Made by a program: the position numbers and the translations under genes | NCBI GenBank assembly: GCA_023473425.1 | Contig: JAMCYG010000018.1 | Span: 2,046 to 66,045 of the forward strand | Origin: Candidatus Marsarchaeota archaeon | GTDB lineage: Archaea; Micrarchaeota; Micrarchaeia; Micrarchaeales; Micrarchaeaceae | Reading direction: 5' to 3' | DNA: 64,000 nt | Notes under the pieces: model-generated | Database searches by the model: none | The model's input: the letters and a program-made list of their open reading frames with translations, nothing else | What the model was told of the DNA's origin: nothing | Shown: positions 47,714 through 56,659 of the stretch, one piece after another | Position numbering within the stretch: position 1 is the stretch's first letter | Layout: the number at the start of each line of letters is the position of its first letter

Positions 47714-48070
47714 ATGGCAGGCAAAGTGTATGTAGAAGGGAGTGACGTGGTTTTTAGGCTGGAGGGCGTGGATATGGTGCTGGCAATAAAAAGGGAACTG
47801 CGAATACCTATTTCCCACATCAAATCAGTATCGACGGAAAAGGCAGACTGGAACATGTTCAACGCGCTTAAGGTTGCAGGGGCAAGACTGCCGGGAGTCG
47901 TAGAGGATGGACGGTTTCTCAGCAAGGAAGGTTTCCTCTTCTATGATATGCACAACCCGGACAAGTGCGTGACCGTAGAACTCGAAGGGGACAGGTACAA
48001 GAAGGTCATCTTTGAGGTAGAAGACAAGGAAGCGACGGCCGCGATGATAAGGGGCGCCATGGGCGGATAA
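47714..48070 (+). CDS. hypothetical protein (PH-like beta-sandwich pattern)
   Basis: 118-aa ORF with a clean context and alternating beta-strand pattern. No family securely recognised. Confidence 0.45.
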   Translation: MAGKVYVEGSDVVFRLEGVDMVLAIKRELRIPISHIKSVSTEKADWNMFNALKVAGARLPGVVEDGRFLSKEGFLFYDMHNPDKCVTVELEGDRYKKVIFEVEDKEATAAMIRGAMGG

Positions 48071-48092
48071 GCAGATATGAGAATAAAGTGGA

Positions 48093-48617
48093 TTACCCTA
48101 GCTGTCCATACCTGAAGCATGAGACGAGGTGGTCGTTCACCATGCCCGTGGCTTGCATGTGTGCATAACATATCGTAGACCCGACGAATTTGAAGCCCCT
48201 TTTCTTCATATCCGCGCTCATCGTGTCGGATTCGCTGCTGGTTGCAGGTATCTGGGAAATGCGCGCCCATCTGTTCCTTACCGGCTTGCCGCCAATGAAT
48301 TTCCATACATACCTATTGAAGCTGCCAAACTCTTCCTGCACTGCAAGGAATGCCTTCGCGTTGGATACAGCTGCTTCTATCTTCAGCCTGTTGCGTATGA
48401 TTCCGCTGTCGCTTAGAAGGGATTGTATCTTTCTGTGATCATAGCGGGCCACCTTCCTAGGGTCAAAGCCAGAGAACGACTTTCTATAGTTTTCCCGCTT
48501 TTTTAGCACGGTGAGCCAGCTAAGGCCTGCCTGCATGCCTTCAAGAACTAAAAACTCGAACAACTTCCTATCATCGTGCAGAGGCACTCCCCACTCAGTA
48601 TCATGATATTTTATCAT
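48093..48617 (-). CDS. tag: DNA-3-methyladenine glycosylase I
   Basis: YHDTEWGVPLHDDRKLFEFLVLEGMQAGLSWLTVLKKRENYR is diagnostic of Tag. Confidence 0.85.
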   Translation of the reverse strand: MIKYHDTEWGVPLHDDRKLFEFLVLEGMQAGLSWLTVLKKRENYRKSFSGFDPRKVARYDHRKIQSLLSDSGIIRNRLKIEAAVSNAKAFLAVQEEFGSFNRYVWKFIGGKPVRNRWARISQIPATSSESDTMSADMKKRGFKFVGSTICYAHMQATGMVNDHLVSCFRYGQLG

Positions 48618-48684
48618 GATTGATTCTGCGGACGACCATCCGCATCGCTTGAAGTTATCCGCCGAATTTATAGCCAGAGCCCCA

Positions 48685-48960
48685 TCACGCGGTCCTTTTT
48701 ATTATGTGGTAACCAAATTGTGTCTTTACAGGGCTAGACACATCACCGACATTGAGAGCAAATGCTGCATTCTCAAATTCCTTTACCATCTCGCCCCTGC
48801 CAAAGAAGCCAAGATCACCACCGCGCTTCCTGCTTCCATCCATTGAATACTCTTCGGCCAGAGCTGCGAAGCTACCGCCATTCCTTATCTTTTCCAGTAT
48901 CTCGTTTGCTAGGGACTGCTTCTCCACGAGTATGTGGGAGCATCTTATCTTTGTAGGCAT
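48685..48960 (-). CDS. parvulin-type peptidyl-prolyl cis-trans isomerase
   Basis: 91 aa with CSHILV..., [21 protein letters not shown] and FGYHIIKR. Confidence 0.85.
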   Translation of the reverse strand: MPTKIRCSHILVEKQSLANEILEKIRNGGSFAALAEEYSMDGSRKRGGDLGFFGRGEMVKEFENAAFALNVGDVSSPVKTQFGYHIIKRTA

Positions 48961-49091
48961 AACTTCACCTCTTATTGTTGTTCTACGTTTGAATTATTAT
49001 TTGTGCCGTTGCAAGGATTAGAGTATGGAAGGCGCAGTGCACGCAGCTTTGATATTCATACCATTTACTAGCTGCGCAAAACTAAGAATTT

Positions 49092-49163
49092 TGGACTCGG
49101 CGGGGATCGCACCCGCGACCTTTCCGTTGCGAACGGAACGCTCTACTACTGAGCCACGAGCCC
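49092..49163 (-). tRNA. tRNA-Ala(CGC)
   Basis: GGGCTCG/CGAGTCC acceptor with G3:U70 and arm TTCCG-TTCGCAA-CGGAA. The D loop AGTAGTA has no GG, and the T arm GCGGG-TGCGATC-CCCGC has G at position 55. Discriminator A. Confidence 0.85.
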
Positions 49164-49195
49164 ATGCATGATTATTCATTATAGAAGTTATTTAT

Positions 49196-50653
49196 ATGTT
49201 ACACGAGTATCAAAATTGTGACGCAATGAGCATAGCCAGTTCTAGCAGTAAGAAGGAAAGCAAGGCAGATAGCCAAAGGCTCAGGGCTGTTGTAGACAGG
49301 GTAATTGACGACGTCAGGCCTTCGAAGAGCGAGATAGACGGAGTAATAGCGATATCCAACAACATAGCAGCGCGCATAAAGAAGCTGATGCCAAAGGATA
49401 CGGAATTAGTGATTGTTGGGTCCATGGCGCGCGGCACACAGGTCAAGGGTAGCTATGACGTCGACATGTTCCTGCTCTATCCACGAAATTTTGATGAAAA
49501 ACTCATGGAAAGGATGACTCTAGACATAGCGAAGAAGATAATAGACAAAAACAAAGGGGAAAGCTTCACGATAAAGTATGCCCAGCATCCTTATGCTAGG
49601 ATAAACGTAGGAGGTGTAGACGCGGACATCGTACCTGCATACAAAATAAACAGTATTCTAGAAAAGGGGACCGCGGTTGACCGCACACCACTCCATAACG
49701 AGTTCATACTGTCGCACCTTTCTGCCAGGCAAAAGGACGAAGTACGCGTGCTGAAGGCATTCCTCAAAGCGCAAGGGATATATGGAGCAGAAGTCAGCAT
49801 AGAAGGATTTTCTGGCTATTTGTGTGAGCTGCTTATACATACATATGGATCATTTGAAGCGCTGCTCAAGGCTGTGGTGACCGCAAGACTCCCGTGGGTG
49901 CTCGACCCGAAGGAATCCGCAAGGATAGAGCCGCAATCTGAAACCGCTTCTAAATTGGTGAAGAAGTTTCTGAAAGAAATTGTTGTGATAGACCCGACAG
50001 ACAGCAACAGAAATGTTGCCGCAGCGCTTTCAATAGAGTCCTTCTCTCGCTTCGTCCTCGCTGCCAAGAAGCTACTTGCGACACCGTCAATTGAAGTATT
50101 CTACGGTAAGGGGTACTCTGATGCGTATGCAAAGAATAAGCTGGAACGCATCGCCAAGAGCCTTGACTGTGACGTGTATACCATGGCTTTCGGCCTGGCA
50201 GACATAGCTGCTGACATAAAGTGGCAGCAGCTTAAGAGGCTAAACAGGAGCATACAGGCGCTCATGAAAAAGAATGGCTTTGCGCCGATAATAGCCTTAC
50301 AGGACATGGAAGGCGACCATGGAATACTCTCATATTTCATGAACAGGCACTACAATGGCTCCCGTACCGTTGAAGGACCTAGTGTATTTCTAAAGGGGGC
50401 TGCAGAGCTGTTCTGCAAGGTGCACTCCAAATCATACATGTATCTGGATGCTGACAGGGTTATGGCGATAGAAAAACCGGAGTACAAGGACGCCATGGAG
50501 CTGCTTAAGGGAATAAACAGGTCAAAGGAAATAAGCAAACTTTCGCACATACGTGTTAGGGAGGCAAAGTTCTTTTCTAGCACCAGCATGCCTGAAGACT
50601 ATGCAAGGCTGGTGTACAGGAGCTTTGTGAAGAAGACTTCGCTCAGGGTATAG
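49196..50653 (+). CDS. cca: CCA-adding enzyme (class I archaeal tRNA nucleotidyltransferase)
   Basis: VGSMARGTQVKGSYDVDMFLLY nucleotidyltransferase motif, plus RTPLHNEF and GFSGYLCELL. The start may be an internal Met. Confidence 0.85.
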   Translation: MLHEYQNCDAMSIASSSSKKESKADSQRLRAVVDRVIDDVRPSKSEIDGVIAISNNIAARIKKLMPKDTELVIVGSMARGTQVKGSYDVDMFLLYPRNFDEKLMERMTLDIAKKIIDKNKGESFTIKYAQHPYARINVGGVDADIVPAYKINSILEKGTAVDRTPLHNEFILSHLSARQKDEVRVLKAFLKAQGIYGAEVSIEGFSGYLCELLIHTYGSFEALLKAVVTARLPWVLDPKESARIEPQSETASKLVKKFLKEIVVIDPTDSNRNVAAALSIESFSRFVLAAKKLLATPSIEVFYGKGYSDAYAKNKLERIAKSLDCDVYTMAFGLADIAADIKWQQLKRLNRSIQALMKKNGFAPIIALQDMEGDHGILSYFMNRHYNGSRTVEGPSVFLKGAAELFCKVHSKSYMYLDADRVMAIEKPEYKDAMELLKGINRSKEISKLSHIRVREAKFFSSTSMPEDYARLVYRSFVKKTSLRV

Positions 50654-51239
50654 CCCCGAACTCGAACTCCCCTTTTTTTATCATCGAATACAGCTCGCCC
50701 ATCAGGTTTATCTCCTTCAGCTTGGGTTTTATGCTCTGCCTGCCAGAAGCGATGGTAGATATGTATGCTATTAGGACCTTTGAATCGGCAGCAGTGGCCG
50801 CCTCATACGTCTCTTTCGCTTTTCCTATCATGTCAGTTCCAACGCAGTCCATCGCCTCACAGAGCAGATTGTCGCTTATCTTTGGCTTAGGGTAGTCTCT
50901 GGCTATGAGCCTCTTCAGGAGCACTCTGAGACTGCATCGCATTACGACAGCCATGTCGAAATGCATCCCAATGTAAGGCACCAGATGGCCGACTATTATG
51001 GCCAACGAAGCGCCGGCAGCAAAACCCTTTCGGAGCTCAGCTCTAACTGCTGCGCCAAGGGCTTTTGTATCAACTATCTTGGTTCCGTACTCGTCAACAC
51101 CAATGAAAAGGTTCTGTACCTTAGCTACATCATTTACTTCCACTATGAAGGAAGAGGGCACAGCAGCAGCGAGTTTCTGCGCAAAGTAGCTTTTGCCTGT
51201 ACCGGGAGTGCCCGACACCGCTACACTGAACTTCCTCAA
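50643..51239 (-). CDS. Fap7/AK6-like adenylate kinase-type NTPase
   Basis: P-loop SGTPGTGKS, then IIVGHL and AVVMRCSLRVLLKRLIARDYPKPKISDNLLCEAMD, which parallels archaeal Fap7. Confidence 0.65.
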   Translation of the reverse strand: MRKFSVAVSGTPGTGKSYFAQKLAAAVPSSFIVEVNDVAKVQNLFIGVDEYGTKIVDTKALGAAVRAELRKGFAAGASLAIIVGHLVPYIGMHFDMAVVMRCSLRVLLKRLIARDYPKPKISDNLLCEAMDCVGTDMIGKAKETYEAATAADSKVLIAYISTIASGRQSIKPKLKEINLMGELYSMIKKGEFEFGAIP

Positions 51240-51841
51240 GAGCCGAACCTCTTTATGTAATCCTCTGCAGTAGAGAGCAGATCGACGAGCTCACCCCTTG
51301 CAGTCTCTGCATTGAGCACTTCGTTAGGGGTCAAATACGCGTTCAGGATGTAGTTCTTGTGGCCACTGAAGAGCCAACTTGCAACGCTGTAGCTCTTTAT
51401 CTTATAGCTATAGTCAGCAACATAGAACGTGTGGGTCAGCAGCCTGTCTATCAGCGCTGATGTCGATGAATCGAACGCACTTATGTAGACGGTTTCGTCC
51501 CTCGAATCGTCCTTGGCCAGCGAAGCAGGATTTATTACGGGCACCTTGTTCTGCCGGGCCTGGAGAATCACTGCCTGTGATAGCTGCTTCGACAGTGAGT
51601 CACATTTGGCAGCAGAATTCTCGAACGCATGCTCTTGGTCAGGCATAGAGGCTATAAGCGAATCTATGTAGCTGTTCACTTCCTCCTGTAAGTTCGATAT
51701 CGTGACTGTTATATTCTGCTTTGAGGAGAACTTGCCTGGGTCGGTGAGCAGGTCTCTGAGTGAGAGTCCATACTTGCTTCCCACTTTGTTGTCGATTCCA
51801 TCTATGACGGAATCGGTGTAATCACTCCATAAATCAGCCAT
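51236..51841 (-). CDS. hypothetical protein, translationally coupled to the Fap7-like gene
   Basis: 201-aa ORF whose stop overlaps the downstream ATG by 4 nt. No family recognised. Confidence 0.5.
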   Translation of the reverse strand: MADLWSDYTDSVIDGIDNKVGSKYGLSLRDLLTDPGKFSSKQNITVTISNLQEEVNSYIDSLIASMPDQEHAFENSAAKCDSLSKQLSQAVILQARQNKVPVINPASLAKDDSRDETVYISAFDSSTSALIDRLLTHTFYVADYSYKIKSYSVASWLFSGHKNYILNAYLTPNEVLNAETARGELVDLLSTAEDYIKRFGS

Positions 51842-51906
51842 TGCAACACCCTTACAATCATTATATGTTTCGATGAATTATATAATAAGGTTTCTAGATT
51901 CTGCAG

Positions 51907-52242
51907 GTGCGCCGCATGGCAGGAAGTAAGGATGTTATTGAAAGGATACAGAAGGACATACGTATGTTTGATGGCAGCATAGACACAGTCGAAAGCATGC
52001 TAAACAGCGAACAGGAGAACAGCGCTCAGACGAACGGCACGCGCATTAGGAGAATGAGGAGGATACTCGAACTGGCAAGAATGTACAGGAGCGATTCGGA
52101 GAGCTTCCTTGACAAGGGAGATACTGACACGTCGTTCTCGTGCATATCATATGCGCATGGGCTACTGGACTCGCTTCGCGAGTTGCTGAAAGGGGATGTA
52201 TTTGAAAACCGTGAAGAGGGAAAAGAGCTTAAAAAAGAATAG
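51907..52242 (+). CDS. DUF357-like small helical protein
   Basis: ...ARMYRSDSESFLDKGDTDTSFSCISYAHGLLDSL resembles the DUF357 Y-A-x-G-W/L-LD signature. Confidence 0.5.
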   Translation: MRRMAGSKDVIERIQKDIRMFDGSIDTVESMLNSEQENSAQTNGTRIRRMRRILELARMYRSDSESFLDKGDTDTSFSCISYAHGLLDSLRELLKGDVFENREEGKELKKE

Positions 52243-53344
52243 CTACAAGGAGGGAAAGGCCACTGTTTACTTTGACAAAGAGGTCTTCCTTAATCCCCAC
52301 GCAAGGCTGTCAAGGGAGCTGAGCGTGGCCGTAGTGAAAGCAGTAGGTAAGAAAGGGATGCGCTTAGCCGACCCGACAGCCGCTACAGGAATAAGAGGTA
52401 TAAGGTATGCGCTTGAAACCCCTGTAAAGGACATAACACTGGTAGACATAAACAGGCAGGCGTATCTTGCGGCAAGAAGAAATGCCAAGGCGAATGGGAT
52501 AAGCTGCAAAATAATTAATGATGACATTCAGCATTTCTGCAACGTCTCAAAGGAGCACTTTGACATAATCGACCTCGATCCTTTCGGAGGCGTCACACCA
52601 TACGTGCATGATATACTCAGGATGTGCAGGGATGGCACATATTTTTTTGCTACGGCAACAGACACTGCCGTGCTCTGCGGCTCGAAGAAAAGTGCATGTA
52701 TCCGGCTCTATGACGCAGTTCCAATGCACAACCATCTATGCCATGAAGGGGGGATAAGGATACTGCTAGGATACATTGCGAGGCATGCCGCCGCATATGG
52801 ATTTGGAATAGAGCCTCTGTTATCAGTTACATACCGAACTTACATGAGGGTATTCACAAAGCTGTATCATGGCTCTGAGAAGGCGACTGCAGCCATCAAG
52901 AATTTGGGCTATGCCTATTACTGCCAGAACTGTGGGCTTACCCGCACTTCGATGACCGAGTTTCCAGATATGCTTGAATGCCCTGCGTGCGGCAGTCGCC
53001 TCATCATATCGGGAAAAATGTGGCTCGGCAGGCTATTCGACGAGAATGTTAGGGATAAAAGCCTGTCAAACACTAATGATAGCGGCTTAGATGGGGAAAA
53101 CAGGAGGCTCATTTCGCTGATGAAAGAGGAACTGGACATACCTATGTATTACCATGTACCGACGATAACGAAGATGCTTGGAATCGGGTCGGTCAGCCCT
53201 CATGAAGTTGTGAAGTGGCTTCATGCCCACGGTTTCAAGGCATCATTGACCCACATTCACGACTCGAGCGTGAAGAGCGACTGTACAATAGAAGACATGA
53301 AAAGATGTATTACATCGATCAGCAAGAGCGCAATGCGAAGATAG
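52196..53344 (+). CDS. trm1: tRNA (guanine26-N2)-dimethyltransferase Trm1
   Basis: VFLNP...SRELSV, a SAM site (DPTAATGIRGIRYA), DLDPFG and a Cys4 insert (CQNCG...CPACG). The start is uncertain: the ATG at 52196 overlaps the upstream gene by 47 nt, with TTG 52202 and GTG 52211 as alternatives. Confidence 0.85.
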   Translation: MYLKTVKREKSLKKNSYKEGKATVYFDKEVFLNPHARLSRELSVAVVKAVGKKGMRLADPTAATGIRGIRYALETPVKDITLVDINRQAYLAARRNAKANGISCKIINDDIQHFCNVSKEHFDIIDLDPFGGVTPYVHDILRMCRDGTYFFATATDTAVLCGSKKSACIRLYDAVPMHNHLCHEGGIRILLGYIARHAAAYGFGIEPLLSVTYRTYMRVFTKLYHGSEKATAAIKNLGYAYYCQNCGLTRTSMTEFPDMLECPACGSRLIISGKMWLGRLFDENVRDKSLSNTNDSGLDGENRRLISLMKEELDIPMYYHVPTITKMLGIGSVSPHEVVKWLHAHGFKASLTHIHDSSVKSDCTIEDMKRCITSISKSAMRR

Positions 53345-53639
53345 TATGTTAAATGCAATTGCATACAATATGTAGCTGTTATATCTAAACCGAGGGATGA
53401 GGCATACCAACTCTTCCCTCGATAAGAATACTTTTTATACAGCAATTTGGGCTTTATTCCATTTAATATACAACCTATTGTAAGCAATGCCGCAAGATAT
53501 ATATTTCTTATGCTAAGGGGTTCTGCCATTTTCCCCTCGAAGACCCGCACTTCCCCTTTTCCCTAAATTCCAATATTGCTGACGATAGGGAAGGTATAAA
53601 TATTACTCTCTGGGTGAAGTAAATTAGTGGGGGAAAGAG

Positions 53640-53930
53640 ATGAGGATAGAAAGTGGAGGGAGGATAGCGGAGGATAGCGGACCTCGACAAGGACTTTTTG
53701 GATTCCTTAAAGAGGACGCGTGCAACGTGTGCGGCAGGAAGCTCAGGAGGGATGAGCTGAAAATGGTGATGCCGTCCAGCTTCTTTGAGACCAACAATGC
53801 GCCAGTGAAGAAGCGCTACCTATGCAGGACGTGCTACATAAAGTTCGCCAGAAAGTCTGCAGCCAGCAGAGCGCAGAGAAGCGCCGAATATGACCAGAGG
53901 GACCTGAAGGTCTATAGCATAGAGGCATAA
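53640..53930 (+). CDS. hypothetical small zinc-ribbon protein
   Basis: 96 aa with CNVCG...(x29)...CRTC and a basic C-terminus. GGGGGA lies upstream of the ATG. No family recognised. Confidence 0.4.
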   Translation: MRIESGGRIAEDSGPRQGLFGFLKEDACNVCGRKLRRDELKMVMPSSFFETNNAPVKKRYLCRTCYIKFARKSAASRAQRSAEYDQRDLKVYSIEA

Positions 53931-54137
53931 GCGAACTGCGCACAAGAACATCATGCTTAGGGTTTCCCACCTCTCTCTGCTTTCTACCTGTCTTTTACCC
54001 CCGCTATACACCCAATAGCTCTTTTCCTTCATCAAAAATCGCGGATATCTGTAGAAGTAAGAATGCGATTAGGCATATACAGGATAATAAAGGAAACGGA
54101 TCAGCAGGAAGTAAGAAAAATAAAAATTAGAAAGGCT

Positions 54138-54857
54138 TCAGCCCTTCTTGGCTCTTATAGTTATCATGTGCGTCTCATTCTCGTAGCCGATTGCATTCTT
54201 GAAGCTGTCGTGCTCAAGTGCTATCGTGTTGTCCGAATATGGGTCGTTTATGTAGACGCTGTCATTGTCATACCCTTTTATCACTACCCAGTGGGGTGCT
54301 GACTCCATGTACGGATCTATCTGACTTATGTCAACCAGCACTATCGGAATGCGGCCCATGTTGAGCTGCTTCTTTATCGAGTTCAGCGTTACGATGCCGT
54401 ATTTTTCCTCCACCTTCAGGTTCTTGGCCTTGTCGCGTATCTCCTTGAATGAGGCAGTCAGCGTGTCTAGGTTTATGCCTTCATAGACAGCCAGCTTCTT
54501 CTCGAAGCCTTCGTCCTTCGCGTTGCTGATTATGTTTGGCCTTACGCCCCTCTTCGCCAGCGCGTACGCTAGACCATACCTTGATCCATGCCAGACGCTG
54601 CCGTGTACGGCTTCTTGCCATATCTCGAACTCGGTGTCCTTCTTCATTTTGAAATTTTTATTGACATATTTGAGAGCCATCATTGCACATGCCGCTGCGC
54701 TGGTGAACTCTTCAGACTGAGCATAAGTAGGTATGTCAAGAACCTTAGAATCCTTTATCTTAACCTTGCCCGCCTCGCTGGCTGAGCTCCTCGTGGCCTT
54801 TGTCTTGGAAGGCCTGCTACTGGTCTTTTTACTTGTCTTTGTCGGCATGATGAACAC
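54138..54857 (-). CDS. papain-like cysteine peptidase, C39-like domain, with basic Ser/Thr/Lys-rich N-terminus
   Basis: QSEEFTSAAACAMMALKY (Gln + Cys region) and HWVVIKGYDNDSVYINDPY (His + Asp region) fit the Peptidase_C39-like catalytic pattern. Confidence 0.5.
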   Translation of the reverse strand: MFIMPTKTSKKTSSRPSKTKATRSSASEAGKVKIKDSKVLDIPTYAQSEEFTSAAACAMMALKYVNKNFKMKKDTEFEIWQEAVHGSVWHGSRYGLAYALAKRGVRPNIISNAKDEGFEKKLAVYEGINLDTLTASFKEIRDKAKNLKVEEKYGIVTLNSIKKQLNMGRIPIVLVDISQIDPYMESAPHWVVIKGYDNDSVYINDPYSDNTIALEHDSFKNAIGYENETHMITIRAKKG

Positions 54858-54920
54858 CTTTATCGTAATATTTGCTTGCTACCTTCTTTACTGAATACGG
54901 GCCACGTAATCACAAGCATA

Positions 54921-55015
54921 TGCAGGGAGGGAGATTTGTTCAAGGTTTTGAACTCCCGAAGGCCTAAGCCAACGGATCTTGAGTCCGCCGCGTTTGACCG
55001 CTCCGCCATCCCTGC
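54921..55015 (-). tRNA. tRNA-Leu(CAA) with 12-nt insertion/intron (54936..54947) in the T-loop (58/59)
   Basis: Acceptor GCAGGGA/TCCCTGC, discriminator A, arm GCGGA-CTCAAGA-TCCGT and long variable arm GGC-TTAG-GCC. The T stem GGGAG/CTCCC is separated by 19 nt. Removing AACCTTGAACAA restores TTCAAAT. Confidence 0.65.
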
Positions 55016-55268
55016 ATGGTTATATGTTACTACCCTGTATTTAAATATTATTTCCTCGGCAACACCAAGCGCTCTGGTTTGCCACTCCTGTTGTGTTTTG
55101 CCGTCGCAGGCAAATTCACTGATGATATAGTATCTCCTTTAATATATATACTTTTCCAAGTGTTTTCGTCGATTATATTTAAAGCTTGGCTTTCATCTTC
55201 TTTTGCAGAATTTAGTTGCTGATTTGAGCGTAGGGAAATTTTATTGATGTTATATAAAAGGTTGTTGT

Positions 55269-56654
55269 TTGAGCGAGATTAGCCATGTTGAGAATGGGAG
55301 CGCAGCATTCGACTTAAAGAAGAAGCTTGATGAGCTACCCATAGAACTAAGGCTTAGAGCCGTGGACCGGCTAAGGATAACCAGGCTCAGGCATATGAGC
55401 AGCCCGATGTCTCGAATTCTTCTCCTGCTCGCACTGATAGGGCCAGGCGTGCTTGTGATGGTTGCGGACAACGATGCAGGAGGGGTCATAACTTATGCGC
55501 AGACGGGATCGATATTCGGAATCGGTTTTTTCATACCTCTGTTAGTGTTAATGATACCGGTAGCGTACTTAGTCCAGAGCATGACTGTGAGACTGGCAGC
55601 TGTTACGAAGCGCGGGCACGCGGAGATGATATGGCGCAGGTATGGCAGTTTCTGGGGCTCGTTCTCGCTTATCGATCTGCTTATCGCAAATTCGCTCACA
55701 TTGGTTACGGAATTCATAGGGATAACGTTCGGCATGAGCATTTTCGGGATAAAGCCCGAAGTGTCAGTACTGATAGGGATCGCATTCGTATCGACCATAA
55801 TGCTGGCACTGAGATATCATAAGTGGGAGAGAGTAAGCCTCATCATAGCCCTTTTCAATATGATATTCATACCACTCTTGCTGTTCGCTCATCCAGATTG
55901 GTCGCTTGTCGCGAGCACGTTCCTAACCTGGCACATTAATGGGGGGTTAACGCCTATATTTATCTACGTCCTCCTCGCCAACCTTGGCACGACGATAGCA
56001 CCTTGGATGCTCTTCTTCCAGCAGAGCTCTGAAGTTGATAAGGGGACAGTGCCGGAGGATATAGGAGCAGGAAAGCGTGATACTTTCATCGGGGCATGCA
56101 TAATGTCTGCAGTTGCAATTTCTATAATTGTGCTTACCGGCACACTGGTTTTCGGCGGCGCTAAGCCGGTTACAGGCGACATATACAACATAGGCTACAT
56201 ACTGAATATGATATCCGCGCGGGCAGGGATGCTTCCCGTGAAACTGTTTGCTTTGGGCATGATTGACGCAGGGCTCATATCGGCAATAGCGCTTACGGCA
56301 AGCACGTCATGGGCAGTGGGCGAAGCATTCCAGTGGCCGAAGAGCATAAACCTACCGTTCTTGCAAGGCAGAAAGTTCTATGTGCCGGGGTTGATTAGCA
56401 TGCTCATTGCTGCAGGCATAGTACTAATACCTAATGTGCCTCTCGGCTTCCTTAACATAACCGTACAGGTGGTAGCCTCGATATTCATGCCTGCTGCCCT
56501 GCTTTTCCTACTCTTACTGGCGAATGACAAGGGAATCATGGGCAAGTATGTCAACAAGGCGTGGGAGAATGCCGCCATAATAGGAATAATGCTTGTGCTG
56601 GTAACGATGAGCAGCCTATACGGCCTCTCGATAGTCTTCCCGAATGTGTTATAG
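55269..56654 (+). CDS. mntH: NRAMP-family divalent metal transporter
   Basis: GPGVLVMVADNDAGGVITYAQTGS (Nramp TM1 motif region), 11-12 TM helices and a conserved TM6 region (TIAPWMLFFQQS). TTG start; the true start may be the internal MSSPMSR. Confidence 0.8.
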   Translation: MSEISHVENGSAAFDLKKKLDELPIELRLRAVDRLRITRLRHMSSPMSRILLLLALIGPGVLVMVADNDAGGVITYAQTGSIFGIGFFIPLLVLMIPVAYLVQSMTVRLAAVTKRGHAEMIWRRYGSFWGSFSLIDLLIANSLTLVTEFIGITFGMSIFGIKPEVSVLIGIAFVSTIMLALRYHKWERVSLIIALFNMIFIPLLLFAHPDWSLVASTFLTWHINGGLTPIFIYVLLANLGTTIAPWMLFFQQSSEVDKGTVPEDIGAGKRDTFIGACIMSAVAISIIVLTGTLVFGGAKPVTGDIYNIGYILNMISARAGMLPVKLFALGMIDAGLISAIALTASTSWAVGEAFQWPKSINLPFLQGRKFYVPGLISMLIAAGIVLIPNVPLGFLNITVQVVASIFMPAALLFLLLLANDKGIMGKYVNKAWENAAIIGIMLVLVTMSSLYGLSIVFPNVL

Positions 56655-56659
56655 GTGTA

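Noticed and set aside
53257-53550. 97-aa minus-strand ORF in the trm1 / Zn-ribbon intergenic region
   Set aside because: It overlaps the 3' end of trm1 by 88 nt and has no motif or convincing RBS, with composition typical of random ORFs in A/T-rich spacers. The 295-bp spacer itself remains unexplained apart from a 7-bp hairpin (CGAGGGA..TCCCTCG).
55120-55222. Possible C/D-box sRNA (TGATGA at 55120-55125, CTGA at about 55220)
   Set aside because: The boxes are about 95 nt apart, much longer than I expect for an archaeal C/D sRNA. No C'/D' boxes or terminal stem were found.
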